64,000 bases of DNA from an uncultured delta proteobacterium (lineage in GTDB: Bacteria > Myxococcota > Myxococcia > Myxococcales > Myxococcaceae). Positions 1 to 9,655 of this stretch are shown one piece after another. The stretch spans positions 1,312,001 to 1,376,000 of the forward strand of contig CAWCKH010000004.1 of NCBI GenBank assembly GCA_963796055.1, in the 5' to 3' direction. The notes under the pieces were generated by a model. It worked only from the letters and a program-made list of their open reading frames with translations, searched no databases and was not told the origin of the DNA. Both the position numbers and the translations under genes were made by a program. Within the stretch, counting starts at the first letter, position 1. Each line of letters begins with the position of its first letter.

Positions 1-159
1 CGGACCGATGAGCTCGTCGGACCGAAGGTCGAGCGCGATGCTCAGCCCCCCGTCGAGGACGCCGGCATCGCACAGCGCCACCAGCGGGAGCTGACCCTGC
101 GGGACGTGCGCGCCCTCCGCGAGGAGTCCCAGGTGCTGGAGCTCGGCCTTCAGGCTCAT
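1..159 (-). CDS. Hypothetical protein (N-terminal part, runs off window)
   Basis: ATG at 159, open to the window edge (MSLKAELQHLGLLAEGAHVP...), GC3-rich codons. Confidence 0.6.
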   Translation of the reverse strand, partial: MSLKAELQHLGLLAEGAHVPQGQLPLVALCDAGVLDGGLSIALDLRSDELIGP

Positions 160-246
160 GGAGGGGTAGGTCTGCCCTCGGGAACGGGCAAGCGCAACTC
201 CTCCGCCTCGAACGCCGGGGCGCCAGGGGCTTCCACCGCACGATCG

Positions 247-1440
247 TCACCGATCAGCGGACCGGCTCCGGGAGGTTCCGGGCGGTGGAGCAAGCGACGG
301 GGGCGGGGCGAGGACGGGGGTTTCCGGAGCGACGACCTGGTTCTTCCCCCGCCGCTTCGCCTCCAACAGCCGGGTGTCTGCCTGCGCCAGCACCGCGTCG
401 AACGTCTCGCCGTCCGCGGGCCAGCTCCCCACCCCCGCGCTGACCGTCACCTGGCGCTGCTCGCGGCCGACCTGGATATTCACCCCCGCCAGCTCCTTCC
501 GGATGTGCTCGACACGTAGCCGGGCCTGCTCCACTTCCGTCTCCGGGAAGGCGACCACGAACTCCTCGCCTCCGTAGCGCGCCACCAGGTCGCTCTTGCG
601 CACCGAGCCCCGGAGCCGCGTCGCGACCAGCTGCAGCGCGCGATCCCCCGCCGGATGGCCGTAGGCATCGTTGAACGCCTTGAATCCGTCTACGTCGAGG
701 ATGGCCACGCTGAGCGGAGCACTCCGTCGCCGCGCCCGGGCCAGCTCCTCGTCCACTCGCTCGACGAACGGCGCCCGCTGCGACAGCCCCGTCAGGTGAT
801 CGACGCCCACCATCAGGCGCAGCCGCTTCGCCCTCTGCGCCACCGCGGCCATGATGATCCCCGCCAGGCCCAGCAGCACAAGGTGCACCATCTGGTCTGC
901 CCAGGCGAACCGCCCGTGCTCGGTGCCCTCGAGACCGAGGGGACCCGCGGCGAGGCCGATCAGCACCGCGTACTCCCCGGCGCTCAGCCCCGCGGTCCAC
1001 AGGCAGAGCCGCCAGTCGTAGCGCAGCCCGGCGCTCATGATGACCAGGAAGTACAGCTCGTAGAACGTCCGGGTGTGACTCGAGGCGTCGGGCCCGCCCT
1101 CCAGGAACACGAAGAGCATCGCCGCGGTGGTGAGGGTCACGTCCGCGGCGCAGCTGAGCCATGGCACCCAGCCCTTCAGCACCCGGAAAGCGAGCCAGGC
1201 CAGCAGCACCGAGTAGAGGACCCCCCCGGCGAGCAGCAGGGACAGCTGGGGCCAGCCCGGAGGCGGGGCCAGGGCGAACACCAGCGCGCTCAGTCCACCC
1301 ACGAGGAACAGCCGCACGCTCGCCACCCAGCGCTCGCCGGAGGCGCGAGCCCGGAGGATCATCTGGTCGGTCTCGGGACCGATCTGCCCCAGGAGTGCAG
1401 CGATCGCGCGCCGCACCCAGGCCGTGTCGGGGAGCGCCAT
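247..1440 (-). CDS. Membrane-bound diguanylate cyclase (GGDEF)
   Basis: Several TM helices, then DHLTGL, DVDGFKAFND.YGH..GD and RYGGEEF, with an RxxD (RKSD) I-site; start chosen at MALPDT. Confidence 0.92.
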   Translation of the reverse strand: MALPDTAWVRRAIAALLGQIGPETDQMILRARASGERWVASVRLFLVGGLSALVFALAPPPGWPQLSLLLAGGVLYSVLLAWLAFRVLKGWVPWLSCAADVTLTTAAMLFVFLEGGPDASSHTRTFYELYFLVIMSAGLRYDWRLCLWTAGLSAGEYAVLIGLAAGPLGLEGTEHGRFAWADQMVHLVLLGLAGIIMAAVAQRAKRLRLMVGVDHLTGLSQRAPFVERVDEELARARRRSAPLSVAILDVDGFKAFNDAYGHPAGDRALQLVATRLRGSVRKSDLVARYGGEEFVVAFPETEVEQARLRVEHIRKELAGVNIQVGREQRQVTVSAGVGSWPADGETFDAVLAQADTRLLEAKRRGKNQVVAPETPVLAPPPSLAPPPGTSRSRSADR

Positions 1441-1580
1441 CGTGGCGGACTGTAAGAGCCGACGCGGTGGCTGGCGAGCGGGACGAAGGTCCATGCGGCG
1501 TTCGCGCGACCGGGTCAGGCGCGCACCAGGACCTTCGGACACGTTGACGTCGCAACAGCAGCCCGACCCGCAGGAGAGCG

Positions 1581-2690
1581 CTAGACGTTGAACCGGAAGT
1601 GCATGCAGTCGCCGTCCCGGACGACGTACTCCTTGCCCTCGATCCGGAGCAGGCCCTTCTCCCGGACGGCCGCCTCGCTCCCCAGCCGGATCAGGTCTTC
1701 CCAGCCGAACACGTCGGCCTTGATGAAGCCCCGCTCGAAGTCCGAGTGGATGACGCCCGCCGCCTCGGGCGCCCTGGCGCCCTTGTGGAAGGTCCAGGCG
1801 CGGCACTCCTGCTCGCCGACGGTGAAGAACGTCTGCAGCCCGAGCATCCGGTACCCGGCGCGCACCACCTTGTGCAGTCCCGGCTCGGACAGCCCCACCG
1901 AGGCGAGGAAGCCCGGACGCTCCTCGGGGGGGAGCTGCTGGATCTCTGCCTCGATGCCGGCGGCCAGCGCGACCATCTCCGCGCCCTCGGCCTTCGCCAG
2001 CGCCCGGACGGCCGCCACGTGCAGGTCCGTCTCCTCCTTGCCGAGCTGGGACTCGCCGATGTTCGCCACGTAGAGCACCGGCTTGTCGGTGAGGAGGAAG
2101 AGGTCCCGGAGCTGCTTGTGGTCGTCGGGCGAGAGCTTCTGGGCCCGCACGGTGACGCCCGCATCGAGGCCCGCCTTCACCCGGTCCAGGAGCGCGAGCT
2201 CGGCCCTGGCCTCGTCGCCCGCCTTCCCTCCGGCCTTGGCCGCCTTCTGGGCGCGCTCGCGGCGCTTCTCCACGGTTTCCAGATCTTTCAGGCACAGCTC
2301 GGTATCGACGATGTCCCGGTCACGCCCGGGGTCCACGCCGCCCTCGACGTGGGTCACGTTCGGATCCTCGAAGCAGCGGAGCACGTGCAGCACCGCATCC
2401 ACCTGCCGGATGTTGGCCAGGAACTGGTTGCCCAGCCCCTCGCCCTTGCTGGCGCCGCGCACCAGGCCGGCGATGTCCACGAACTCCAGCGAGGTGGGGA
2501 TGGTCTTCTGCGGCTTCACCAGCGCCGAGAGCTTCTCCAGCCGCTCGTCCGGCACCGGCACCACGCCCACGTTCGGCTCGATGGTGCAGAACGGGTAGTT
2601 CGCCGCCTGCGCGCCGGCGGAGGACAGGGCGTTGAAGAGCGTGGACTTGCCCACGTTGGGCAGTCCGACGATGCCGATTCCGAGAGCCAC
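1581..2690 (-). CDS. ychF: Redox-regulated ribosome-binding ATPase YchF
   Basis: GIVGLPNVGKST, ANYPFCTIEPN, DIAGLV, HSDFERGFI; C-terminus FRFNV. Confidence 0.98.
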   Translation of the reverse strand: MALGIGIVGLPNVGKSTLFNALSSAGAQAANYPFCTIEPNVGVVPVPDERLEKLSALVKPQKTIPTSLEFVDIAGLVRGASKGEGLGNQFLANIRQVDAVLHVLRCFEDPNVTHVEGGVDPGRDRDIVDTELCLKDLETVEKRRERAQKAAKAGGKAGDEARAELALLDRVKAGLDAGVTVRAQKLSPDDHKQLRDLFLLTDKPVLYVANIGESQLGKEETDLHVAAVRALAKAEGAEMVALAAGIEAEIQQLPPEERPGFLASVGLSEPGLHKVVRAGYRMLGLQTFFTVGEQECRAWTFHKGARAPEAAGVIHSDFERGFIKADVFGWEDLIRLGSEAAVREKGLLRIEGKEYVVRDGDCMHFRFNV

Positions 2691-2752
2691 GAGCGAACGT
2701 TTCTAACGCCGGCTCATGGCCGAGGAACGACCAAGCCGGATGGTTTCGGCCA

Positions 2753-3298
2753 TCAGACCTTCGGCTCCGGGCGGCCGGGGCCAGCGGCGGTGCGCGAGAC
2801 CTCGGCCAGGTACTGGTTGGCGAGATCCTTCTGGGTCTTGTCGTCGAGCGCCTTGCCGAGGAGCTTCTCGGTGATCTGGATCGCCAGATCGGCGGCGGTC
2901 TTCTTCACGTCGTTCACCGCCCGGACGCGCTCGTTCTCGATCTCCCGGAGGGCGTCGGTCTTCTGGGCCTCGGCCTCCGCCCGCGCCTTGGCCACCAGCT
3001 CCTTGCGGAGCTTCTCCACGTCCTCGGCGTTGCGGCGCATCATCTCCGCCGCTTCGACGCGGGCCTTCTGGATGGCGTCCTTCTGCTCGGCGAGGAGCCG
3101 CTCCGCCGCGGCGCGCTCGCGCTTGGCGGTCTCGATCGATGCGGCGATGGACTTCTCCCGCTCGTCCACCACCTTGAGGATCGGGCCCCAGGCCACACGA
3201 CGGAGCAGCAGGGCCACCAGGATGAAGGTGACCAGCGTCCAGAAGATGAGGCCGGGACGGACGGAGACGAGATTGGCGGCAGCGAGGACGATGGGCAT
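2753..3298 (-). CDS. atpF: ATP synthase Fo subunit b
   Basis: PGLIFWTLVTF TM helix, WGPI, long coiled coil; lies downstream of atpE. Confidence 0.95.
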   Translation of the reverse strand: MPIVLAAANLVSVRPGLIFWTLVTFILVALLLRRVAWGPILKVVDEREKSIAASIETAKRERAAAERLLAEQKDAIQKARVEAAEMMRRNAEDVEKLRKELVAKARAEAEAQKTDALREIENERVRAVNDVKKTAADLAIQITEKLLGKALDDKTQKDLANQYLAEVSRTAAGPGRPEPKV

Positions 3299-3339
3299 GT
3301 GCGAGTCTCGGGAGTCAGTGGGCCCGGGAGCGACGGGTG

Positions 3340-3573
3340 TCAGCCGGCCTTGGTGGCCAGGAGGATGCTCACCACCAGGCCGAACAGCCCGACGCCTTCG
3401 ATGAGCGCCGCGGCGATGAGCATGGTGGTCCGGATGTCGCCGGTGGCCGCGGGCTGCCGGCCGGTGGCGTCGAGCGCGGAGGCAGCGAGGCGGCCGATGC
3501 CCAGGCCCACGCCGAGGACACACAGGCCCGCGCCGATGCCCGCGGAGAGGAAGGAGTAAGCGAGATTGTTCAT
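3340..3573 (-). CDS. atpE: ATP synthase Fo subunit c
   Basis: GxGxGxG helix, RQP loop, ALIEG carboxylate; start MNNLAY. Confidence 0.97.
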   Translation of the reverse strand: MNNLAYSFLSAGIGAGLCVLGVGLGIGRLAASALDATGRQPAATGDIRTTMLIAAALIEGVGLFGLVVSILLATKAG

Positions 3574-3686
3574 GACCGTTCTTTGTCTGCTTTCGATGTC
3601 GGGACCCGCTTGTGGGGGGGTCGTGGATGCCCTTGTGGACGACCTCCCGCGGGCCGCATCCGGCCGCGGGGTTCTCTTGAAACCCG

Positions 3687-4775
3687 TTACCCCGGCGCGT
3701 TCGCCGGATTGACCGCCAGCTCGGGCTCGCCGTGGAGCGCGCCCTTCACGTCGTCGTGGTCCTCGGGATGCTCCTCGTGCTCGTGCCCCATGGCCACCCC
3801 CATCCCGATGAAGAGCGCCGAGAGCATGGTGAAGATGTACGCCTGCAGGAAGGCCACGAAGAGCTCCAGCAGGTAGATGAAGATGGCGAACGGCACCGCC
3901 ACCACCGAGACGGCCACGTGCCCGATGATGAAGATCAGCCCCAGCAGGCTGAAGAGCACGATGTGCCCGGCCAGCATGTTGGCGAAGAGTCGGAGCATCA
4001 GGGCGAAGGGCTTGGTGAAGAGCCCGAGAATCTCCACCGGCACCATGATCGGCCAGATCCACCACGGGGCCCCGCCGGTCATGTGCTTCAGGTACCCGCC
4101 GAAGCCCGCTGCCTTGACGCTGGCGAACTGGGTCAGGATGAAGGTGCAGAGCGCCAGGGCCAGGGTCACCGCCAGGTTCCCGGTGGCGGTGGAGGCCCAG
4201 GGCACCAGACCCAGCAGATTCAGGGTGAGGATGAAGAAGAAGACCGAGAGGAGGTACGGGGTGTAGCGCGGGCCCTCCTGCTTGCCGATGTTGGGAATGG
4301 CGATCTCGTTGCGGACGAAGACCACCAGCATCTCCAGGAGATTTTGCCGCGGGCCGTGGGGCACCGGCTGCTGGGGGTCCCGGTTGGCGCCGAAGGTGAA
4401 GAGCAGCACCACGATCAACGAGCCCACCAGCATCCAGAAGGCGTGCTTGGTGAGGGAGATGTCCAGGCAGCCCGCGCCCAGGCTCGCCGGCTCCTCGGGA
4501 TCCGCCGGGCAGGCCCCCTCCTTGAACGGGATGCGCCACACCGGGAAGTGGATGACGATCTGCTTGTCCGAGAGCGGGACCTGGAACTCCACCTCGGGTG
4601 AGTCCGCCACGTGCTCGAGGATGTACGTGGAGGTGTCGACGTTCTCCGGCCCCTCGTGCTCGACCTCCACGCGCTTGCCGTGGGCGGGGGCCGCGTCGTG
4701 CGCCGGCGCATGACCCTCCTGGGCCCGCGCGGCCATCGACACCGCCAGCACTGCGCACCACAGCCACCGCTGCAT
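3687..4775 (-). CDS. atpB: ATP synthase Fo subunit a
   Basis: PFALMLRLFANMLAGH and ELFVAFLQAYIF motifs; N-terminal signal-like extension. Confidence 0.96.
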   Translation of the reverse strand: MQRWLWCAVLAVSMAARAQEGHAPAHDAAPAHGKRVEVEHEGPENVDTSTYILEHVADSPEVEFQVPLSDKQIVIHFPVWRIPFKEGACPADPEEPASLGAGCLDISLTKHAFWMLVGSLIVVLLFTFGANRDPQQPVPHGPRQNLLEMLVVFVRNEIAIPNIGKQEGPRYTPYLLSVFFFILTLNLLGLVPWASTATGNLAVTLALALCTFILTQFASVKAAGFGGYLKHMTGGAPWWIWPIMVPVEILGLFTKPFALMLRLFANMLAGHIVLFSLLGLIFIIGHVAVSVVAVPFAIFIYLLELFVAFLQAYIFTMLSALFIGMGVAMGHEHEEHPEDHDDVKGALHGEPELAVNPANAPG

Positions 4776-5131
4776 CACGTCACTCCTCGCCGCTGGCCCC
4801 TCGCGGCGACCAGCACGTACGTCATTTCCAGGCACAGGGCCACCACGAACAGCCCGAAGAACACCAGGGTGTACGCGCCCACGTCCCCGTGCTGCGCCCG
4901 CACCCACCGGTACCCGGCGAACCACGCCCCGAGCCGCACCACCAGCCCCACCGCGCTCGCCCCCAGCGCCACCTTGATGCTGCGCCGGACCGCGAACGAC
5001 TTCCCCACCAGCACCACCGCGCTCGCCGCCACCGAGACCACCACACCGGCACGCGTCGCCGGCGTCTCTGCCGCCCACAGCCCCACCACACCGACTGCTG
5101 CCAGCGCGGCCATGAACGCCAGCAGCCTCAT
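4775..5131 (-). CDS. ATP synthase I-like four-helix membrane protein
   Basis: Hydrophobic ORF with overlapping junctions to both atpZ/atpI and atpB. Confidence 0.7.
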   Translation of the reverse strand: MRLLAFMAALAAVGVVGLWAAETPATRAGVVVSVAASAVVLVGKSFAVRRSIKVALGASAVGLVVRLGAWFAGYRWVRAQHGDVGAYTLVFFGLFVVALCLEMTYVLVAARGQRRGVT

Positions 5132-5379
5132 TGCTTCTTCATCGCGCTCAGGGCCTGGATCATCGCGTAGAAGCCCGCGCCCAGGCCGAGGAAGAGGCCG
5201 ACGACGAGTCCCCAGGGCGAGCTGTGGAGCTTGCCGTCGAGGAACCAGCCCACGCCTCCGCCCACCAGCATCCCGCCCACCACCCGCCAGACCGCGCTGA
5301 GGTACGGCGCCGCGGCGCGCTGCGCGCGGGCCTCGGGGCTGAGCTCGCTCCCGTCCTCGTCTTTGTGCCCGTCTTGCAA
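5128..5379 (-). CDS. AtpZ/AtpI family protein
   Basis: GGGVGWFLDGKLHSSPWGLVVGLFLG motif; first gene of the Fo operon. Confidence 0.88.
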   Translation of the reverse strand: MQDGHKDEDGSELSPEARAQRAAAPYLSAVWRVVGGMLVGGGVGWFLDGKLHSSPWGLVVGLFLGLGAGFYAMIQALSAMKKQ

Positions 5380-5459
5380 AGAACCGGCGCGCGTCTAGCA
5401 CCGGGGGCCTGGCCAGGCAACAGTGCAGGATGACTGAGCCTTATCTGGCCCCGGCGATT

Positions 5460-6749
5460 CTAGAGCGACCGGAACGCCTGCCGTGCGGCGGCGAGGGTGT
5501 GCTCGACCTCGCCCTCGCCCATGGCCAGGGAGACGAAGGCCGCCTCGAACTGGCTCGGCGGCAGGTACACACCACGGTCCAGGAGCGCGTGGAAGAAACG
5601 GGCGAACTTCTTGGTGTCCGCCCGCTTGGCGCTCGGGTAGTCGAACACCGGCCCCTCGGTGAAGAAGAGGGTCCACATGCTGCCCACCCGGTTCAGCGTC
5701 ACCGGAACACCGGCCGCACGCGCCTCGGTGACCAGACCGTCGGTGAGGCCGCGCGAGATGCTCTCCAGCCTCTCGTAGGCGCCCGGGGCTCCCAGCGCCT
5801 TCAGGCAAGCCAGCCCCGCCGCCACGGCCAGCGGATTCCCGGAGAGCGTTCCCGCCTGGTACACGGGTCCGGCCGGGGCCACCGTCTCCATGATGGCCCG
5901 GCGGCCGCCGTAGGCTCCCACCGGGAGCCCCCCGCCGATGACCTTTCCCATGCAGGTCAGGTCGGGCGTGAGGCCGAACAGCTCCTGTGCGCCCCCCCTC
6001 GACAGCCTGAATCCGGTCATCACCTCGTCGAAGATGAGCAGCGCGCCATGCGCACGGCACAGCTCGGCCAGCCCTTCGAGGAAGCCGGCGCGGGGGATGA
6101 GCACGCCCATGTTCCCCACCACCGGCTCGACGATGACCGCGGCGACGTCCTTTCCCCGCCGGGTGAACAGCGTGCGCGCCGCACCGAGGTCGTTGAAAGG
6201 CAGGGTGAGGGTGAGTGCCGCGAGCTCCTTCGGGACCCCGGGAGAGTCGGGCAGCCCGAGCGTCTCCACCCCGCTCCCCGCCTTGACCAGGAACGGGTCA
6301 CCCGCCCCGTGGTAGCAGCCCTCGAACTTTACCAGCACCTCGCGTCCGGTGTAGGCGCGGGAGACCCGAAGGGCGGCGAGCGTGGCCTCGGTGCCGGACG
6401 AGGTGAGCCGCACCTCCTCCACCGCCGGCATGCGCTGGCAGATGAGCTCGGCGATCTCGACCTCCCCTGGATGCGGCGCGCCGAAGCTGGTCCCGGCATG
6501 CGCGGCGGCGGACACCGCCTCGACGATCGGAGGATGGGCGTGGCCGAGGATGAGCGGGCCCCAGCTGCCGACGTGGTCCACGTACCGGTGGCCGTCCACG
6601 TCGGTGAGCCAGGCGCCCCGGCCCTCCTTGAAGAAGACCGGCGTACCTCCCACGCCGCGGAATGCTCGAACCGGCGAGTTGACACCTCCGGGGATGACCC
6701 GCCGGGCGCGGTCGAAGAGGCGCTGACTGCCGGTCCGCTCGATGCTCAT
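5460..6749 (-). CDS. hemL: Glutamate-1-semialdehyde 2,1-aminomutase
   Basis: PGGVNSPVRAF, SWGPLILGH, FDEVMTGFR, GKVIGGGLP, GTLSGNP, PPSQFEA. Confidence 0.98.
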   Translation of the reverse strand: MSIERTGSQRLFDRARRVIPGGVNSPVRAFRGVGGTPVFFKEGRGAWLTDVDGHRYVDHVGSWGPLILGHAHPPIVEAVSAAAHAGTSFGAPHPGEVEIAELICQRMPAVEEVRLTSSGTEATLAALRVSRAYTGREVLVKFEGCYHGAGDPFLVKAGSGVETLGLPDSPGVPKELAALTLTLPFNDLGAARTLFTRRGKDVAAVIVEPVVGNMGVLIPRAGFLEGLAELCRAHGALLIFDEVMTGFRLSRGGAQELFGLTPDLTCMGKVIGGGLPVGAYGGRRAIMETVAPAGPVYQAGTLSGNPLAVAAGLACLKALGAPGAYERLESISRGLTDGLVTEARAAGVPVTLNRVGSMWTLFFTEGPVFDYPSAKRADTKKFARFFHALLDRGVYLPPSQFEAAFVSLAMGEGEVEHTLAAARQAFRSL

Positions 6750-7603
6750 CAGAGGTCCAGGGTCTCGTGAATCCCCAGCGCCTGGTACCGTAACAGGAGA
6801 TCCTTGGCCTTGAGCGCCGCAGCGAACTGCGCCGGCGTGCCGGTCAGGACGGGGAACGTGCCGTAGTGCATCGGCGCCACCTTGGCCGGCTGGGCCAGGG
6901 CCACGGCCTCCGCAGCGCGCTCCGGGCCCATGGTGAAGTGATCGCCGATGCAGGCGAGCATCAGGGTGATCCTCATCGAACGCAGCAGCTGCATGTCGGT
7001 GAACGCGTCGGTGTCACCGGTGTGGTAGATGGTCGGCCCGTTGCGAACGGCGATGACGAAGCCCATCGGGCTGCCGGCCGGGTAGGAGACGTCCCCGCCC
7101 TTCTCCTTGACGGTGAGCGTCGAGCCGTGAATGGCGTTGACGAAGGTGACCTTCACCTCCCCGTCGAAGAAGCTGATGGTCCCGCCGATGTTGCCCGCCG
7201 AGTCGAAGCCGAACCGGTCCGCGGGGAACCCGAGATAGCGCGCGTAGGCTTGCGCCTGGTCCAAGCTGGTCACCAGACGCGCCTTGGTTCGCTTGGCGAT
7301 CTCCACCGCGTCGCCGACGTGGTCGGAGTGGCCGTGCGACACCAGGATCAGGTCGACCTTCTTGAGGTCGGCGAGGTCCTGCTTCCCGCTGGGGTTGAGC
7401 GGGTTGGTGATCCACGGGTCGATGAGGAGGACCTTCCCTGACGGGGTGACGAGCTTGAAGGCGGCGTGGCCGTACCAGGTGAGGTGCGTCTTGGCCGCCC
7501 CGGCCACCTGGGGTGGCACGGAAGCCGATGCGTTCTGGGCAGTGGCAACGAAGGGAGTGCAGCAGAGCAGGACGACGAGGACGCGGGTCAGGTGTCGATT
7601 CAA
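6749..7603 (-). CDS. Secreted metal-dependent hydrolase (MBL fold, UPF0173-like)
   Basis: WYGHAAF, HGHSDH, YHTGDT, PMHYGTFP; TTG start after GGAGGG, signal peptide. Confidence 0.9.
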   Translation of the reverse strand: MNRHLTRVLVVLLCCTPFVATAQNASASVPPQVAGAAKTHLTWYGHAAFKLVTPSGKVLLIDPWITNPLNPSGKQDLADLKKVDLILVSHGHSDHVGDAVEIAKRTKARLVTSLDQAQAYARYLGFPADRFGFDSAGNIGGTISFFDGEVKVTFVNAIHGSTLTVKEKGGDVSYPAGSPMGFVIAVRNGPTIYHTGDTDAFTDMQLLRSMRITLMLACIGDHFTMGPERAAEAVALAQPAKVAPMHYGTFPVLTGTPAQFAAALKAKDLLLRYQALGIHETLDL

Positions 7604-7746
7604 GAGGCGATCCCTCCGGAGTCGGGTCGATGAAGGCTTGGGCCCGGCATAACAGACCCAGGCCACTCGACGCGCGCATCCCCCCGACATCCTGTTCCGC
7701 GAGGAACGCGGGGCGGGCGCCGGCTCATGGCCGAGACAATCCGCGA

Positions 7747-8670
7747 TCAGTCCCCGTGCTCGTGGGCGGCCTGCTCCGCGGTGCCCCCGGCCGCCTCGAG
7801 CGAGGTCCGGGCCTGCACGATGCGGTGAGGCTCCGGCCGCTGAAAGGCCTCCCGGGCGCCCACCCCCCGTGGCGTGGTCTGGGCGATGCGCTTGCGCGTC
7901 CGGGCGATCGCGCTCTGGACGATGTTCGGATCCGGGTGACGCTCGAGCGCCTGGACCCACGCCTGGATTGCCCCGGCGTCGTCCCCCGCCTCTCCGCGCA
8001 GCTTCCCCAGCTCGAACAGCGCATGGGGCGCCAGCTCCGACGCGGGAAACTTCTCCACCAGCGTCGCGTACGCAGTCATCGCCTCGCCGTGCATCCCCTC
8101 GCGCATCGAGAGTGACTGACCGACGATCATCCATCCGTCGTCCACCAGTGCGCTGGAGGGGAACTTCTGGATCAGCGTGCGGGCCTCGAGCTCGGACTGC
8201 TGGTAGTCGCCGAGCTCGAAGTAGAGCTTGGCCACCTGGTAGCGCAGATCCGGTGCCGTCGGCGGGTCGCGCGCCAGCGCGGCGGTGATCTCGGAGATGG
8301 CGCCCCGGAGGTCGCGGTAGTGGGCCTCGAGGATGCCGGCCAGCACCACATGGGCCTCGGCGGCCTCCGGCGCGTCCGGTGCCTGGGCCACGAGCTCCCT
8401 GTAGACGCTGACCGCCTTGGGGACGTCGTGCAGCTCGAGCCAGTAGACGTCCGCCGCGCCCCGCAGCGCCGCGGCCCGGATGTGCGCCGCCTCGGGTCCC
8501 TCGGATCTCTCCACCGTGTCCAGGGCCGCCCGGTACTCGCGCAGGGCGGCCTGTGGCTTCCGGGCGTAGACCAGCTCGCGGGCGCGGGTGAGGTGCTCCG
8601 GACCCGAGCGGAAGCAGCCGGCCGCGAGCGCGACCAGGAGCGCTACAGCGAGCAGGCGTACTTCACGCAC
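7747..8670 (-). CDS. TPR-repeat lipoprotein
   Basis: LAAGC lipobox and TPR-like helices (LIQKFPSS, LVEKFPAS); start approximate. Confidence 0.8.
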   Translation of the reverse strand: MREVRLLAVALLVALAAGCFRSGPEHLTRARELVYARKPQAALREYRAALDTVERSEGPEAAHIRAAALRGAADVYWLELHDVPKAVSVYRELVAQAPDAPEAAEAHVVLAGILEAHYRDLRGAISEITAALARDPPTAPDLRYQVAKLYFELGDYQQSELEARTLIQKFPSSALVDDGWMIVGQSLSMREGMHGEAMTAYATLVEKFPASELAPHALFELGKLRGEAGDDAGAIQAWVQALERHPDPNIVQSAIARTRKRIAQTTPRGVGAREAFQRPEPHRIVQARTSLEAAGGTAEQAAHEHGD

Positions 8671-8939
8671 AGGGTTTGGTCGCACCGCACGCACGACTGC
8701 GTGGGCAGGTTCGGCTCGCCGGTGTCGGCACAGATGGCGAGATTTCCAGTCAGCGGACAGTCCTCGGGCCGCACGCAGCGAACCTGGCCTGCATCGAGGC
8801 CGGTCACGGCCGACACGGTCGCCTTGCACGGTCCGCCATCACATCCCAGGAGGAGGGCACCGGCAAGGATCGCACCCTGGACCACGCGGCGAGGACGCAC
8901 CGCGCGGCACTTGAGCACGAAGCGTGCGCCGTTCACCAC
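8643..8939 (-). CDS. Small Cys-rich putative lipoprotein
   Basis: LLLGC lipobox followed by eight more Cys; start uncertain. Confidence 0.6.
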   Translation of the reverse strand: MVNGARFVLKCRAVRPRRVVQGAILAGALLLGCDGGPCKATVSAVTGLDAGQVRCVRPEDCPLTGNLAICADTGEPNLPTQSCVRCDQTLCVKYACSL

Positions 8940-8948
8940 AACGACGGG

Positions 8949-9320
8949 TCAGCGCTCGTCGATCGCGACGCTGGGACCCCCGACACCTGCGACGCCGTCG
9001 CCGGCGAGGGCCCATCCGCGCATGCGCCGCTTGCCACGGCCCTTCTCGGCCTGCTCCTCGAAGAGCCGGGCCATGTCCTGGAAGTGGGCATCTCCCACGC
9101 GGCAGGCGACCTCGGTGACCTGCTCGCGGCGGGCGGCGAGCTCGTTCCAGACGGTGAGCCGAGCCTCACCCGCGAGCAGGCGGGCCTCGACTGCATCCGC
9201 GGCCCGCTCGAGCGCCCGGCCCTCGGCGGCAAGGGCCTCGCGGCGTGCGCGCTCCTGGGCCGGCGAGATGCCGCAGCCGAGCGAGGTGGCGAGCACGAGG
9301 AGGATGGCGAGGGTCCGCAT
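8949..9320 (-). CDS. Putative coiled-coil lipoprotein
   Basis: MRTLAILLVLATSLGC lipobox followed by an Ala/Glu/Arg-rich helix. Confidence 0.7.
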   Translation of the reverse strand: MRTLAILLVLATSLGCGISPAQERARREALAAEGRALERAADAVEARLLAGEARLTVWNELAARREQVTEVACRVGDAHFQDMARLFEEQAEKGRGKRRMRGWALAGDGVAGVGGPSVAIDER

Positions 9321-9500
9321 GAGGTCGGCAGGTAAGCTAGAGGCCACCCTGGCCCTTCGCATCCCACCTTGTGTCCCGAGGTGGCAGGCATGTGACTCGA
9401 AACGTGCCGAACGTTGCGAACTGGACGACCAGAACGACGGGGTCCAGCTACTGAGATGCTAAAGCGCCGCGGTCGCAGGGGACCCACCCGTCAAGGTCCC

Positions 9501-9655
9501 CACCGAGGTGCGGCAATCACCGAGGTGCTCACCGCGGTGCCAGACACCTCGTTCCGACACCGCGTGACGACCGGTCCGCGCGAGTTCGCCGCGGAGGTGT
9601 CCACGCGGAGGTGTCTGACACCGCCGCCGGTCGAGGTGCCAGACACCTCGTTCCC
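9501..9655. repeat. Cluster of GGTG(C/T)C(A/T)GACACC palindromic repeats
   Basis: GGTGCCAGACACCTCGTT at ~9536 and 9635, GAGGTGTCTGACACC at ~9608, plus CACCGAGGTG half-units. Confidence 0.8.

Noticed and set aside
9501..9655. CRISPR array or IS ends
   Set aside because: Spacing is irregular, orientation is mixed, repeats are short, and there is no transposase.
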